From NCBI GenBank assembly GCA_041481895.1, contig JBGPCQ010000016.1, positions 1 through 31,967 on the forward strand: a stretch of 31,967 nucleotides of DNA, given 5' to 3'. The DNA is from Geobacteraceae bacterium. GTDB taxonomy: Bacteria > Desulfobacterota > Desulfuromonadia > Geobacterales > Geobacteraceae. Below are positions 18,037 to 27,113 of this stretch, in pieces; position 1 is the first letter of the stretch; every line of letters starts with the position of its first letter. Made by a program: the position numbers and the translations under genes. The notes under the pieces were generated by a model. The model saw only the letters and a program-made list of their open reading frames with translations, did no database searches and was not told the DNA's origin.

Positions 18037-19739
18037 TTGTCTCCAGTCTCCGAAGTAATTTTTTTTATCTTTTCTGCAACGTCCTTGCGTTCAGGGTCAA
18101 GTTTCTCTACCTGACGAAAGAGGGGGAGCGCCTTGCGATAATCATGTCTGGCAAAGTAGACGTCGGCCAGATGGCCGATGATAGTCGGGTCGTTTTCGAC
18201 CAGTTCCGTTGCCCGCTCAAGGTTGAGAATCGCATCCTCGTAACGCTTCAGCTTGAAATATACCCAGCCCAGGCTGTCCCTGATAAATCCGTCATCGGGC
18301 TGCAGAGTTACCGCCTTTTTGAGATACTGGAGCGCCTCTTCAAGGTGTATGCCCATCTCGGCATAGGTATAGCCGAGATAATTCAGCGCCTGGGGATCAT
18401 CCGGCGTCAGAGCGATGACTTCCTTCATTTTGGCAATCGACTCTTCCCTCTTGCCGATCTTGTCGTAGAGTATGCCGATGCGGAAAATCACCCTCGCATC
18501 GGAAGGAACGCGTTTGCCGAGATCCGCAAGCACCTTCAGGCTCTCTTCATTGCGGTCAAGCGATTCGTAGAGCGCGGCGAGATTCAGGTGGAGATCGATC
18601 TTATCAGGCTGGGCAGCAACTGTTTCCCTGAGAAGGGTTACTCCTGCCTCCGGATCCCCCTTTTCCTTGTACAGGAATGCGAGGTGCCCTACAGCATCGG
18701 CATAATTGAATGCGGATGACGGGATCTTTTTAAATTCTTCGATGGCATGGTCAAGGTCACCCTTTTCTTCGTAGGCTGACCCGAGATAGAGGCGTATCGG
18801 ATAGGCATTGGGCTCCTGTTTGAGTATCCCGGTAAACTCCTGTATCGCCTCATCATAACGTTCCAACTCCATGTAGATAAGGCCGATTTTCCTGTTAACT
18901 TCCAGCCCTCCATAGCCCTGCTGCGCTATTTTCTGCAGCAGAAGCAACGCATCCTGTAGGTTATGCTGTTGTACATCGAGCTGAATAAGGTGCTGCATCA
19001 CATTGTAATTCGAGGGGTTTATTTCAAGGAGTTCTTTATAGGCTGAAATTGCCTCGCCATAAAGCCCCTGAGTCTCCATCGTTATCGCCAGATCGAGTAT
19101 GGCCTGCTCAAAATCAGGTTTTATCTCGATGGCCTTTTTATAATAATTGAGCGCCTCCCGGGTAAGTTTCATCTGATCATATGTTTTGCCCAGATAATAG
19201 TAGCCCAGAAAAGACTCCGGCACGATCTTGATAAGGTCCTTAAGGTTATTGACCGCCTCCTCGTACTCGGAAATCTTTACATAGGAAAGCGAAAGGTGCA
19301 GATATGCCTGCTCTTTTTTCGGATCCAGCTCTTTTGCCTTTTTATAGTGAACAATGGCTTCCCTGTCTTTCTTCATACCCATGAGCAGGTTGCCTGTAAA
19401 CAGGTGCGCATCGACATTGTTGGGATCCAGCTTGAGCGATTTTTCGGCAGCTTCAAGCGCTTCATCCGGCCTGTTCAACTTTATGAGCAGGTTGGCCATG
19501 GCAAACTGCAGATACGCTGAACTCGGATCGGCGTCTAACGCGGTGCGAAGAAGAGGAAAAGCGCCTTCGAGATCACCGTCAAGAATATGAAGCCGTGCAA
19601 GAGAATAGATATACAGCCCCCTGGACTCGGCTACATTCATGGTGGGGACGGATGACAGGGGTTCATTGACCATATGCGCGGTGCAGGCGGTCAAAAATCC
19701 CGCAAGGAAGATTACTGCGATACTGCGAATCTTATCCAT
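18033..19739 (-). CDS. TPR-repeat lipoprotein
   Basis: MDKIRSIAVIFLAGFLTACTA lipobox followed by about 12-14 tetratricopeptide repeats, e.g. PNNVDAHLFTGNLLMGMKKDREAIVHYKKAKELDP. Confidence 0.93.
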   Translation of the reverse strand: MDKIRSIAVIFLAGFLTACTAHMVNEPLSSVPTMNVAESRGLYIYSLARLHILDGDLEGAFPLLRTALDADPSSAYLQFAMANLLIKLNRPDEALEAAEKSLKLDPNNVDAHLFTGNLLMGMKKDREAIVHYKKAKELDPKKEQAYLHLSLSYVKISEYEEAVNNLKDLIKIVPESFLGYYYLGKTYDQMKLTREALNYYKKAIEIKPDFEQAILDLAITMETQGLYGEAISAYKELLEINPSNYNVMQHLIQLDVQQHNLQDALLLLQKIAQQGYGGLEVNRKIGLIYMELERYDEAIQEFTGILKQEPNAYPIRLYLGSAYEEKGDLDHAIEEFKKIPSSAFNYADAVGHLAFLYKEKGDPEAGVTLLRETVAAQPDKIDLHLNLAALYESLDRNEESLKVLADLGKRVPSDARVIFRIGILYDKIGKREESIAKMKEVIALTPDDPQALNYLGYTYAEMGIHLEEALQYLKKAVTLQPDDGFIRDSLGWVYFKLKRYEDAILNLERATELVENDPTIIGHLADVYFARHDYRKALPLFRQVEKLDPERKDVAEKIKKITSETGDK

Positions 19740-19882
19740 GGATTTCCCTATATGAAAAATACCAGACGTTCGTCAAAGACTTCATGTCCGCCATGATCTC
19801 TTTTCGTCGTCCGGCTTCTGTTGACGTAGTTGATTGGTGGAAATCGGATTGGGCAATGTACGCGTCGGCAAAGTGCATTACC

Positions 19883-19899
19883 GATAACTGTCAGTTATC
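19883..19899. other. Perfect short palindrome, possible operator
   Basis: GATAACTG-T-CAGTTATC (8-1-8), in the intergenic region between two divergently oriented genes. Confidence 0.4.
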
Positions 19900-19993
19900 A
19901 GTTATTCTTATATAAAAAGCTAGCATAATTCATATGGAGCGTCAAATAATAATCGTTATTGATTCTTGCGACGATCAGGTAGTATGATATCGT

Positions 19994-20177
19994 TAGTTTG
20001 TTTCCATCCGAAAACTCCGGATGAGAACCTAACAGTTTCCAATTCGGAAAAGAGGGATTTTTTGTCCTGGCAAGGGAATCAAGGGATTGCGCGGAGGCGT
20101 ACATCGGTACGCCGCACAAGCAAGCCTGCAGATTGACGCAGCCAAGGCGAAAAAGAACCCTTTCTGGATGGAAACTA
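19994..20177 (+). repeat. Dispersed structured element, long copy 2 (about 184 bp)
   Basis: TAGTTTGTTTCCATCCGAAAACTCCGGATG ... GGGATTTTTTGTCCTGGCAAGGGAATCAAGGGATTGCGCGGAGGCGTAC-atcg-GTACGCCGCACAAG ... GCGAAAAAGAACCCTTTCTGGATGGAAACTA. Near-identical to 8315-8494, same orientation. Confidence 0.92.
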
Positions 20178-20202
20178 GTTATAAAGTCGCAAAGGATCCC
20201 GA

Positions 20203-21765
20203 ATGGAACAGAGGATCTTACAATCGCTCCTTGCACCCTCGGCATACCCTGAACCCACCTCGGCAGTACACCTTGTTCAGACTCACGTCTCGTTAATTTT
20301 CATCACTGACAATTTCGTCTACAAAATAAAAAAGCCGGTTAATCTCGGGTTCCTTAACTTTACGACCCTTGACCGGCGTCGCTTTTACTGCACCGAGGAA
20401 GTCCGGCTGAATCGCCGCCTCTGCCCCGACATCTACCTGGGTGTCGTAGAAGTGCGTGATTCGGAAGGCGGCGCCAGGTTTGACGGTGAAGGAAAGGTCA
20501 TTGACTATGCCGTGAAGATGAAAAGGCTTCCCGAAGAACGGATGATGGCACGTCTGTTACAGGAAAGCACCATTGGCGACGAAGATATTCAACGGATTGC
20601 CCGCACAATAGGCGAATTCCACCTCAAAGCCGACCAGGGGGAGGAAATCAACAGCTACGGCAGCCCGGCAGCCATATGGCATAACTGGGACGAAAGCTTT
20701 CAGCAGATCGCAGAGTTTGTTCCAGCCGTCATCTCCACTACGAATCTGCATATCATCAGGGATTGGGCAGATGCTTTCCTGGCGGGGAATGAGGGAATCT
20801 TTACCGAACGCGTCTCCCAGGGATTCATAAGAGACTGCGACGGCGACATACACATGGGAAACATCTGCCTGACCGACCGCATATGGATATTCGACTGCAT
20901 TGAGTTCAACAACCGGTTTCGCTATTCCGATACAGCAGCGGATATTGCCTTCCTCCTGATGGATTTCGATTTTAACGCGCGGAGTGATTTCTCCGGGATA
21001 TTTTTGGCAGAATATATCGAAACGACCGGGGACTCAGGCATTACGAAGGTACTCGATTTCTACAAGATATATCGGGCCGTCGTGCGCGGTAAAGTTGAAT
21101 GCTTCAAATTACGGGACCCGGATATCCCGGAAGACGCTCAGCAAGAGGCTAAAGCCCGGGCAACCCGTTATTTTCTGCTCGCCAGAGGATACGTCATCCG
21201 CAGAAAACTCCCCCCCACTCTCATTATTACCTCCGGTCTGATGGGGAGCGGCAAGAGCAGCACAGCTGCCGAACTTGCCTTCGAGCTCGGCATGCAGCTC
21301 TATTCTTCCGACGCGGCAAGAAAGGAAATTGCGCACCTCCCCGCGCATTCACACGACTTCTCCGCATACGGCAAGGGAATATACAGTGCCGGCTTCAATG
21401 AAGCAACCTACGACACGTTGTTTGCCAACGCTGAAAAGTCCCTCAAGGCAGGTGAGAGCGTCATCATTGACGCCTCATTCCGCAGGAAAATCGACCGCGC
21501 CCGTTTCCGCGCCCTTGCCGAAAAACTTTCCGCGTCTTATTATACCATTACTACAGTCTGCCCGGAATATCTCATAAAAGAACGGCTCGACGAGCGGGTG
21601 GAACGTCCCTGCACGGTCTCGGACGGCAGATGGGAATTGTTCCGGATGCAGTCCGAAGAGTTCGAACCCTTTGGCATCGATGAGGAAAAACGGATTTGCA
21701 TCGATACTTCCCTCCCGCTTCGTGATACTATCGACACAATTTTGCACTCAATGGAGATCTTATGA
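20203..21765 (+). CDS. APH-like phosphotransferase + AAA/kinase-type P-loop fusion protein
   Basis: N-terminal kinase-like region (HVSLIFITDNFVYKIKKPVNLGFLNF; DCDGDIHMGNICLTDRIWIFDCIEFN); C-terminal P-loop LIITSGLMGSGKSSTAAELAFEL with AARKEIAHL. Confidence 0.87.
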   Translation: MEQRILQSLLAPSAYPEPTSAVHLVQTHVSLIFITDNFVYKIKKPVNLGFLNFTTLDRRRFYCTEEVRLNRRLCPDIYLGVVEVRDSEGGARFDGEGKVIDYAVKMKRLPEERMMARLLQESTIGDEDIQRIARTIGEFHLKADQGEEINSYGSPAAIWHNWDESFQQIAEFVPAVISTTNLHIIRDWADAFLAGNEGIFTERVSQGFIRDCDGDIHMGNICLTDRIWIFDCIEFNNRFRYSDTAADIAFLLMDFDFNARSDFSGIFLAEYIETTGDSGITKVLDFYKIYRAVVRGKVECFKLRDPDIPEDAQQEAKARATRYFLLARGYVIRRKLPPTLIITSGLMGSGKSSTAAELAFELGMQLYSSDAARKEIAHLPAHSHDFSAYGKGIYSAGFNEATYDTLFANAEKSLKAGESVIIDASFRRKIDRARFRALAEKLSASYYTITTVCPEYLIKERLDERVERPCTVSDGRWELFRMQSEEFEPFGIDEEKRICIDTSLPLRDTIDTILHSMEIL

Positions 21766-22013
21766 GACATGATCTGAAATCGAGTTTTTTCAAGCGTCTC
21801 AATCTCAACGAATCATGGATTATTTTTTTCGTTCTGGGGATCATCATGATGAATTACCCCTTTATCAATATTTTCAATAAACCGACCCAGCTGTTCGGCA
21901 TACCGGTTTTTTATCTGTACATGTATCTCGGCTGGCTGGTTTCCATACTGGTCATCTACCTCTTTGTCAAAGCTATCGACCATGAAGAAAATAATAAAGG
22001 AGACCATCGCTGA
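21762..22013 (+). CDS. Small integral membrane protein (symporter small-subunit-like)
   Basis: 83 aa with two hydrophobic helices (WIIFFVLGIIMMNYPFINIF, PVFYLYMYLGWLVSILVIYLFVKAI). Start overlaps the upstream stop and stop overlaps the downstream start. Confidence 0.8.
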   Translation: MRHDLKSSFFKRLNLNESWIIFFVLGIIMMNYPFINIFNKPTQLFGIPVFYLYMYLGWLVSILVIYLFVKAIDHEENNKGDHR

Positions 22014-25000
22014 TGTTGAGCATCCAGCTCGTAACAGGGGTGTCCCTTCTCTATATAGCCCTGCTCTTCCTGGTGGCGTACTATGCCGACACAAAGCGCG
22101 CGCAGGGGGAGAGCATCATCTCCAATCCCACTATCTATTCACTCTCCATCGCCGTCTACGCAACCGCATGGACCTTTTACGGCAGCGTCGGCAAGGCTGC
22201 CACCACAGGCATCGATTTTCTCCTCATCTATCTCGGTCCCTCGCTGACCGCCTTTGCCTGGTGGTTCCTCCTGCGCAAAATCGTGCGGATCAGCAAGGAG
22301 AATAACATCACATCAATTGCCGACTTCATCAGTTCACGCTACGGCAAGTCCCAATGGCTCGGCGCAGTGATAACCGTTATCGTCATTTTGGGAATAATGC
22401 CCTACATCGCTCTCCAGTTGAAGGCTGTTACCACCACGTTCTCCATCATTACCGGATATTCGAGTGCCAGTTTGCAGTTTTTCGGCGGGAATTTCTCGCT
22501 GATTTCCCGTCCCGGCTTTCTTGCTGCCCTTATCCTGAGTATCTTCAGCATTGTTTTCGGCGCCAGGCACCTGGTTTCCTCGGAGAGGCATGAAGGTTTA
22601 GTGGCTGCTATTGCCGTAGAATCGATCGTCAAGCTGGTAGCATTTATCAGTGTCGGCATCTATGTGACCTACTTCATGTTCGACGGCTACGCCGACATCT
22701 TTTCCCGTCTCCAGGCGAAAGATCCGGCGCTTTTTGCTCGTCTGACTACCATCGGAAGCGAGCAACAGGTTTCTTACCCGCAATGGTTCACGACGCTTTT
22801 TATCTCCATGGGGGCAATAATGCTGCTCCCCCGCCAATTCCATATTCTCGTGATCGAAAATTCCAACGAAGCACATATCAAGGACGCCATGTGGCGTTTC
22901 CCTGCCTATATGTTTCTCATCAATCTTTTCGTCATGCCGATAGCCCTCGGCGGTATTTTGCATACCGGCAGTGCGAGCGGCGCCGACTTCTTCGTCCTCA
23001 CCCTCCCTTTGCAAAACGGCCACCACTGGCTGGCGCTGCTGGCTTTTCTCGGCGGTTTCTCCGCAGCGACCGGCATGGTTATTGTTGAGTCTGTGGCTAT
23101 TTCCACCATGTTTCTCAACCACCTGGTAATGCCGATCGTCATAAAGTTGCAGCCCAGAAGCTGGTTCCCCATTCTCCTGATAAATCTGAAACGCTTCGGG
23201 ATTGTTCTGGTGATATTCCTGGGCTATCTCTACTACCGTATTGTGGGCGACACCTACATGCTCGTGAACATGGGGCTGATATCCTTCGCCGCGGCGGCCC
23301 AATTCGCGCCGGCACTACTTGGCGGCCTCTACTGGCACCGGGGGAACAAGGCCGGGGCCATCACCGGCCTTGTGCTCGGCTTCATCAGCTGGTTCTATAC
23401 CCTGCTGATCCCATCCTTCGTCAAATCCGGCTGGTGGCAGAGCGATATTCTCGAAAAAGGCCCCTTTGGTCTGGAGTTTTTCAAACCGACCGATCTATTC
23501 GGCCTCGTCGGATTCGATGTATGGTCAAATGCCATGTTCTGGAGCATGTTTTTCAATATCGGCGGGTACCTGGCCATCTCGATAATCTTTTCCCAGGATG
23601 AGAATGAAAAGGAGCAGGTAAGGAAATTCGTTGACGTTTTCAAACCGCCCACGGAGGGGAGCCCGTGGGAAACGAAACGGCTGTCGAAGCCGGTCACCAT
23701 CATGCAGTTTGTCAATCTCATGGCGAAATTCATTGGCGAAAGCCAGGCCCATTCCGCCATTGCCGAATACATGGGCACCCGGGAAATCGACGAACAGGGG
23801 GGTGTTTCGGAATTCGAACTCCCGCAACTCAAGCGTTTTATCGAGAAGACGCTGGCGGGCTCTCTCGGTGGCGCAGCTGCAGGCGCAGTGGTGGAAAGTT
23901 ACCTGTCGGATGTAGGCTCGAAGATGGAATCAGTCTATGATATTTTCAGCACCGTGCGCACCGAATTGTCCGAAAGCCGCGAAGCCTTATCCGTCCGGCT
24001 CAGGGCTTCCGAGATAATGAACCGGACTCTTGACCTCCCCATCATCATGTATGACCTCCTCGAGCTTATCCGGAAGGAATTCAAGTTCGATCTGGCGGTT
24101 ATCAGAATTGTCGATGGTAACGGCGCATTAGAAACCCGAAGCTTCAGCGGCATGTCGATTCCCTCCATTACCGATCGGCTGATAGTTCCTGATATTAACA
24201 CGCATATCGGAGATGCATTCCTGTCGAACAAACCGAGATTTTTGAACGACACCCGGCACAATATCAAACCGGACTCAAAAGAGCTAATGGACCGGGAAGT
24301 GATCCTGTCGTTCGCCCACATCCCCATCGCCCGCGAAGGAGCGCCGCCGGTCGGCGTATTATCGGTTTTTTCACGGTCGATCGTCGGGCTTTTCACCCAG
24401 CCCTTCATCGATCTGCTCACGAGTCTTGCCGGTCAGCTTGCACAAGCCATAAAAATAGATTCGGAAATAATGGCAAAAGATCAAGAGCGCCGGCAGAAAG
24501 AAGAAGCCCTGCTGGAAAACGTCAGGGTTACACGGGAGATGGAAATTGCAAAGCAGATCCAGCTCTCCCTCCTCCCCGCGTCTCCTCCGTATTTGAGAGG
24601 AGCGCTCCTTGCCTGCCGTTGTGTCCCGGCAACCCATGTGGGTGGCGATTACTACGACTTTTTCCGGCGCGGCGAGAATGTCATTGATATCGTAATCGCC
24701 GATGTTTCCGGCCACAGCGTGGGGGCGGCCCTGATAATGGCAGAGACGCGCAGCGTATTAAGGTCGCAGTTCCATGCTACCAACAGCACCAGTGACATTC
24801 TGGCAATGCTCAATGAGGAACTTTACGAGGACCTGACGAGCGCTGAACTCTTCATCACCATGTTTTACGTAAAATACAACATGGAAAACCGTCTCCTCAC
24901 CTATGCCAGCGCCGGGCACAACCGACCGCTCCTTTTCCGCCCCGGCGGGTCTTACTGCACCGAATTGGATGCTGAAGGGCTCATCGTCGGCGTGAAAAGG

Positions 25001-25255
25001 AATGTGCTCTTTGAAGAAAAAACCGTGCAACTGGATAAAGGGGATATTCTGCTCATGTATACGGATGGAGTTACCGAAGCCCAGAACGGATCAGGCGAAT
25101 TATTCGGTGAAAGGAGGCTCTGCGCCATACTTTCATCAATTCAGAATGAGACCCCCGACCTGATGATCGACCGGATACTGCATGACGTGAACGCCTTTTC
25201 AGCCCCCCAGCCCCTGAAAGATGATGTATCTCTGGTGCTTTTGAAGGTGACGTAA
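22013..25255 (+). CDS. SLC5/sodium:solute-symporter-like membrane sensor fused to GAF and SpoIIE/PP2C serine phosphatase
   Basis: N-terminal about 550 aa polytopic SSS-like (SIADFISSRYGKSQWLGAVITVIVILGIMPYIALQLKAV; AISTMFLNHLVMPI); GAF-like region (about 680-820); PP2C/SpoIIE motifs IQLSLLPASPP..., ATHVGGDYYDFF, IADVSGHSVGAALIMA, YASAGHNRPLLFRP, LLMYTDGVTEAQN, DDVSLVLLKV. Confidence 0.93.
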   Translation: MLSIQLVTGVSLLYIALLFLVAYYADTKRAQGESIISNPTIYSLSIAVYATAWTFYGSVGKAATTGIDFLLIYLGPSLTAFAWWFLLRKIVRISKENNITSIADFISSRYGKSQWLGAVITVIVILGIMPYIALQLKAVTTTFSIITGYSSASLQFFGGNFSLISRPGFLAALILSIFSIVFGARHLVSSERHEGLVAAIAVESIVKLVAFISVGIYVTYFMFDGYADIFSRLQAKDPALFARLTTIGSEQQVSYPQWFTTLFISMGAIMLLPRQFHILVIENSNEAHIKDAMWRFPAYMFLINLFVMPIALGGILHTGSASGADFFVLTLPLQNGHHWLALLAFLGGFSAATGMVIVESVAISTMFLNHLVMPIVIKLQPRSWFPILLINLKRFGIVLVIFLGYLYYRIVGDTYMLVNMGLISFAAAAQFAPALLGGLYWHRGNKAGAITGLVLGFISWFYTLLIPSFVKSGWWQSDILEKGPFGLEFFKPTDLFGLVGFDVWSNAMFWSMFFNIGGYLAISIIFSQDENEKEQVRKFVDVFKPPTEGSPWETKRLSKPVTIMQFVNLMAKFIGESQAHSAIAEYMGTREIDEQGGVSEFELPQLKRFIEKTLAGSLGGAAAGAVVESYLSDVGSKMESVYDIFSTVRTELSESREALSVRLRASEIMNRTLDLPIIMYDLLELIRKEFKFDLAVIRIVDGNGALETRSFSGMSIPSITDRLIVPDINTHIGDAFLSNKPRFLNDTRHNIKPDSKELMDREVILSFAHIPIAREGAPPVGVLSVFSRSIVGLFTQPFIDLLTSLAGQLAQAIKIDSEIMAKDQERRQKEEALLENVRVTREMEIAKQIQLSLLPASPPYLRGALLACRCVPATHVGGDYYDFFRRGENVIDIVIADVSGHSVGAALIMAETRSVLRSQFHATNSTSDILAMLNEELYEDLTSAELFITMFYVKYNMENRLLTYASAGHNRPLLFRPGGSYCTELDAEGLIVGVKRNVLFEEKTVQLDKGDILLMYTDGVTEAQNGSGELFGERRLCAILSSIQNETPDLMIDRILHDVNAFSAPQPLKDDVSLVLLKVT

Positions 25256-25355
25256 GAAAAATATCGAGAATTGGCTGTGACGTGATATATACTATATACG
25301 CATCAAATCCAAATGACCCCCATTAACGTGAAGATGGTGGAACGGGAGAGACGGC

Positions 25356-25691
25356 ATGAACCTTAGAGTCGAAGAGAAAAACAACATTGTCGTTATGTAT
25401 GTTAAGGAAGAAAGACTTGATGCCCATAACTCGGGTGACTTGAAGCTCGAAGTGAACAGGCTGTTCGGAGAGGGGAAAAAAAATGTCCTGGTGGACCTGG
25501 ATGATGTTCGCTTTATTGACAGTTCCGGCCTGGGCGCACTTGTTTCGGGTTTCAAAAACGCCATTTCCAACCAGGGGAACCTCAAGCTTTCAAGTCTTCA
25601 ACCCCAGGTGAAATCGATGTTCGAGCTGACCAGGCTTCATAGGGTTTTTGAAATTTTCCCGTCTTCATCGGATGCGTTGGAAAATTTCTGA
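25356..25691 (+). CDS. STAS-domain anti-sigma factor antagonist
   Basis: VLVDLDDVRFIDSSGLGALVSGFKNA contains the conserved phosphorylatable serine motif DSSGLG. Confidence 0.95.
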   Translation: MNLRVEEKNNIVVMYVKEERLDAHNSGDLKLEVNRLFGEGKKNVLVDLDDVRFIDSSGLGALVSGFKNAISNQGNLKLSSLQPQVKSMFELTRLHRVFEIFPSSSDALENF

Positions 25692-25707
25692 AACAGGCGA
25701 GGTTACA

Positions 25708-26130
25708 ATGAAAAAAAATCACTTGGAAGTTGACATCAAGGTCCCCAACCAGACCCGCTACCTGAGCCTTATCGGCAGAATCGGTGAAGACATTGCCAAA
25801 GAACTGGACAAACACACCGGTGACAAGGAAACCTTGGCCCACCATATTAACCTGGTCCTGACCGAGGCGATGGCTAACGCCATTAAATATGCCGGCCTCG
25901 GGGATACGGAAAAGATGGTGCACATCGGCATTACTATCAGTGCTGACGAAATCTTGATAAAGGTTTTTGATCACGGGCAGGGGTTCGATATCAACACCAT
26001 ACCGCCACCGAATTTCGAAGCGCTGGATGACCGGGGCAGAGGGATTTTCATCATCAGGTCCCTCATGGATTCCGTAAACTACAGAAAGCTGCCGAAAGGC
26101 AATGTCCTGGAAATGTCAAAGAAACTCTAA
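25708..26130 (+). CDS. Anti-sigma-factor serine kinase-type ATP-binding protein (HATPase_c_2, RsbW-like)
   Basis: LVLTEAMANAIKYAG (N-box) and VFDHGQGFDIN...DDRGRGIFIIRSLMDSV (G-boxes). Start set at the internal ATG (MKKNHLEVD). Confidence 0.93.
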   Translation: MKKNHLEVDIKVPNQTRYLSLIGRIGEDIAKELDKHTGDKETLAHHINLVLTEAMANAIKYAGLGDTEKMVHIGITISADEILIKVFDHGQGFDINTIPPPNFEALDDRGRGIFIIRSLMDSVNYRKLPKGNVLEMSKKL

Positions 26131-26147
26131 CATGAATCACCACTGAT

Positions 26148-26948
26148 TCAGCGTTGTTTCCGCTGCCGCTGCTCCCGGCCGTACGATCTCCAGACCATGA
26201 CCGCACCGGCAAGCGCCATGGGGAAACTGAGAAGTTGTCCCATGGAAAAGCTTCCCACGATAAACCCGAGTTGGAAGTCCGGTTCCCGAAAAAACTCGAC
26301 AAGAAATCGGAATGTCCCGTAAAGGGCGATAAAAGCCCAGGATATAACCCCTGCCGGACTCTCTTTACGTCCCATAATCCAGAGAATAAAGAAAATAACC
26401 GGCCCTTCAAGGAAAAATTCATAGAGTTGCGATGGGTGACGCGGCAGGTACCCCGCACGCGGGTCCGGAAAGACCATCCCCCATGGGGCAGTGGTTACCC
26501 GGCCATAAAGTTCGCCGTTGATGAAGTTTCCTAACCGGCCCAGACCGAGTCCGATGGGAGCCGTCAGGAAACAGAGGTCCGCTATGGTCAGGTAGCCGAT
26601 CTTTTTTTTACGCGCAAACCAGACCCCACCCAGTATGCCCCCCGCGAGCCCTCCGTGAAAAGACATTCCCCCCTCCCACACGGTAAATACCTTGAGCGGA
26701 TGGGCCACATACTCCGATAGGTTATAAAAGAGAACGTATCCGAGTCTCCCGCCAATTATCACGCCAAGAGCAACGGCAAATATCAGGTCGGCCACGTCAT
26801 CCCTGTTCAAGGGGACCTTTCGTCGTTGCGCTTCCGCGTTGATGACGAAATACGCGGCAACAAACCCTATGATGTACATGAGGCCATACCAGCGAAACTC
26901 GAGAGCCCCCAATCGGAGAAATACCGGGTCGATATCTGGAAATTGCAT
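26148..26948 (-). CDS. lgt: Prolipoprotein diacylglyceryl transferase
   Basis: FRWYGLMYIIGFVAAYFV, GGRLGYVLFYN, WEGGMSFHGGLAGGILGG, LGRLGNFINGELYGRVT are Lgt signatures. Confidence 0.98.
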   Translation of the reverse strand: MQFPDIDPVFLRLGALEFRWYGLMYIIGFVAAYFVINAEAQRRKVPLNRDDVADLIFAVALGVIIGGRLGYVLFYNLSEYVAHPLKVFTVWEGGMSFHGGLAGGILGGVWFARKKKIGYLTIADLCFLTAPIGLGLGRLGNFINGELYGRVTTAPWGMVFPDPRAGYLPRHPSQLYEFFLEGPVIFFILWIMGRKESPAGVISWAFIALYGTFRFLVEFFREPDFQLGFIVGSFSMGQLLSFPMALAGAVMVWRSYGREQRQRKQR

Positions 26949-27076
26949 GAGGTCACCCCATTTGTTTTTTCATGCCTAACGTAGCAGTTAAAGCAGCGGG
27001 TGTCAATCTTCAGGGAGGCCGCTCGCCTGAATGTGCAGCCAGACAAATCGGGCACATAGGGGTCAAATTAAAGGTT

Positions 27077-27105
27077 GACAAAAATACCGGCCGAGACTAT
27101 ACAAA
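27077..27105 (+). promoter_or_regulatory. Consensus sigma-70-type promoter upstream of the M-box
   Basis: TTGACA (27077-27082), exactly 17 nt spacer, TATACA (27100-27105), ending about 10 nt before the conserved M-box start. Confidence 0.85.
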
Positions 27106-27113
27106 ATGAAAAT

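Noticed and set aside
22598-23302. 234-aa reverse-strand ORF (and similar antisense ORFs at 22402-22659, 23395-23832, 23935-24420)
   Set aside because: Antisense to the SLC5/GAF/SpoIIE gene. His/Arg/Glu-rich shadow translations, no motif or start signal.
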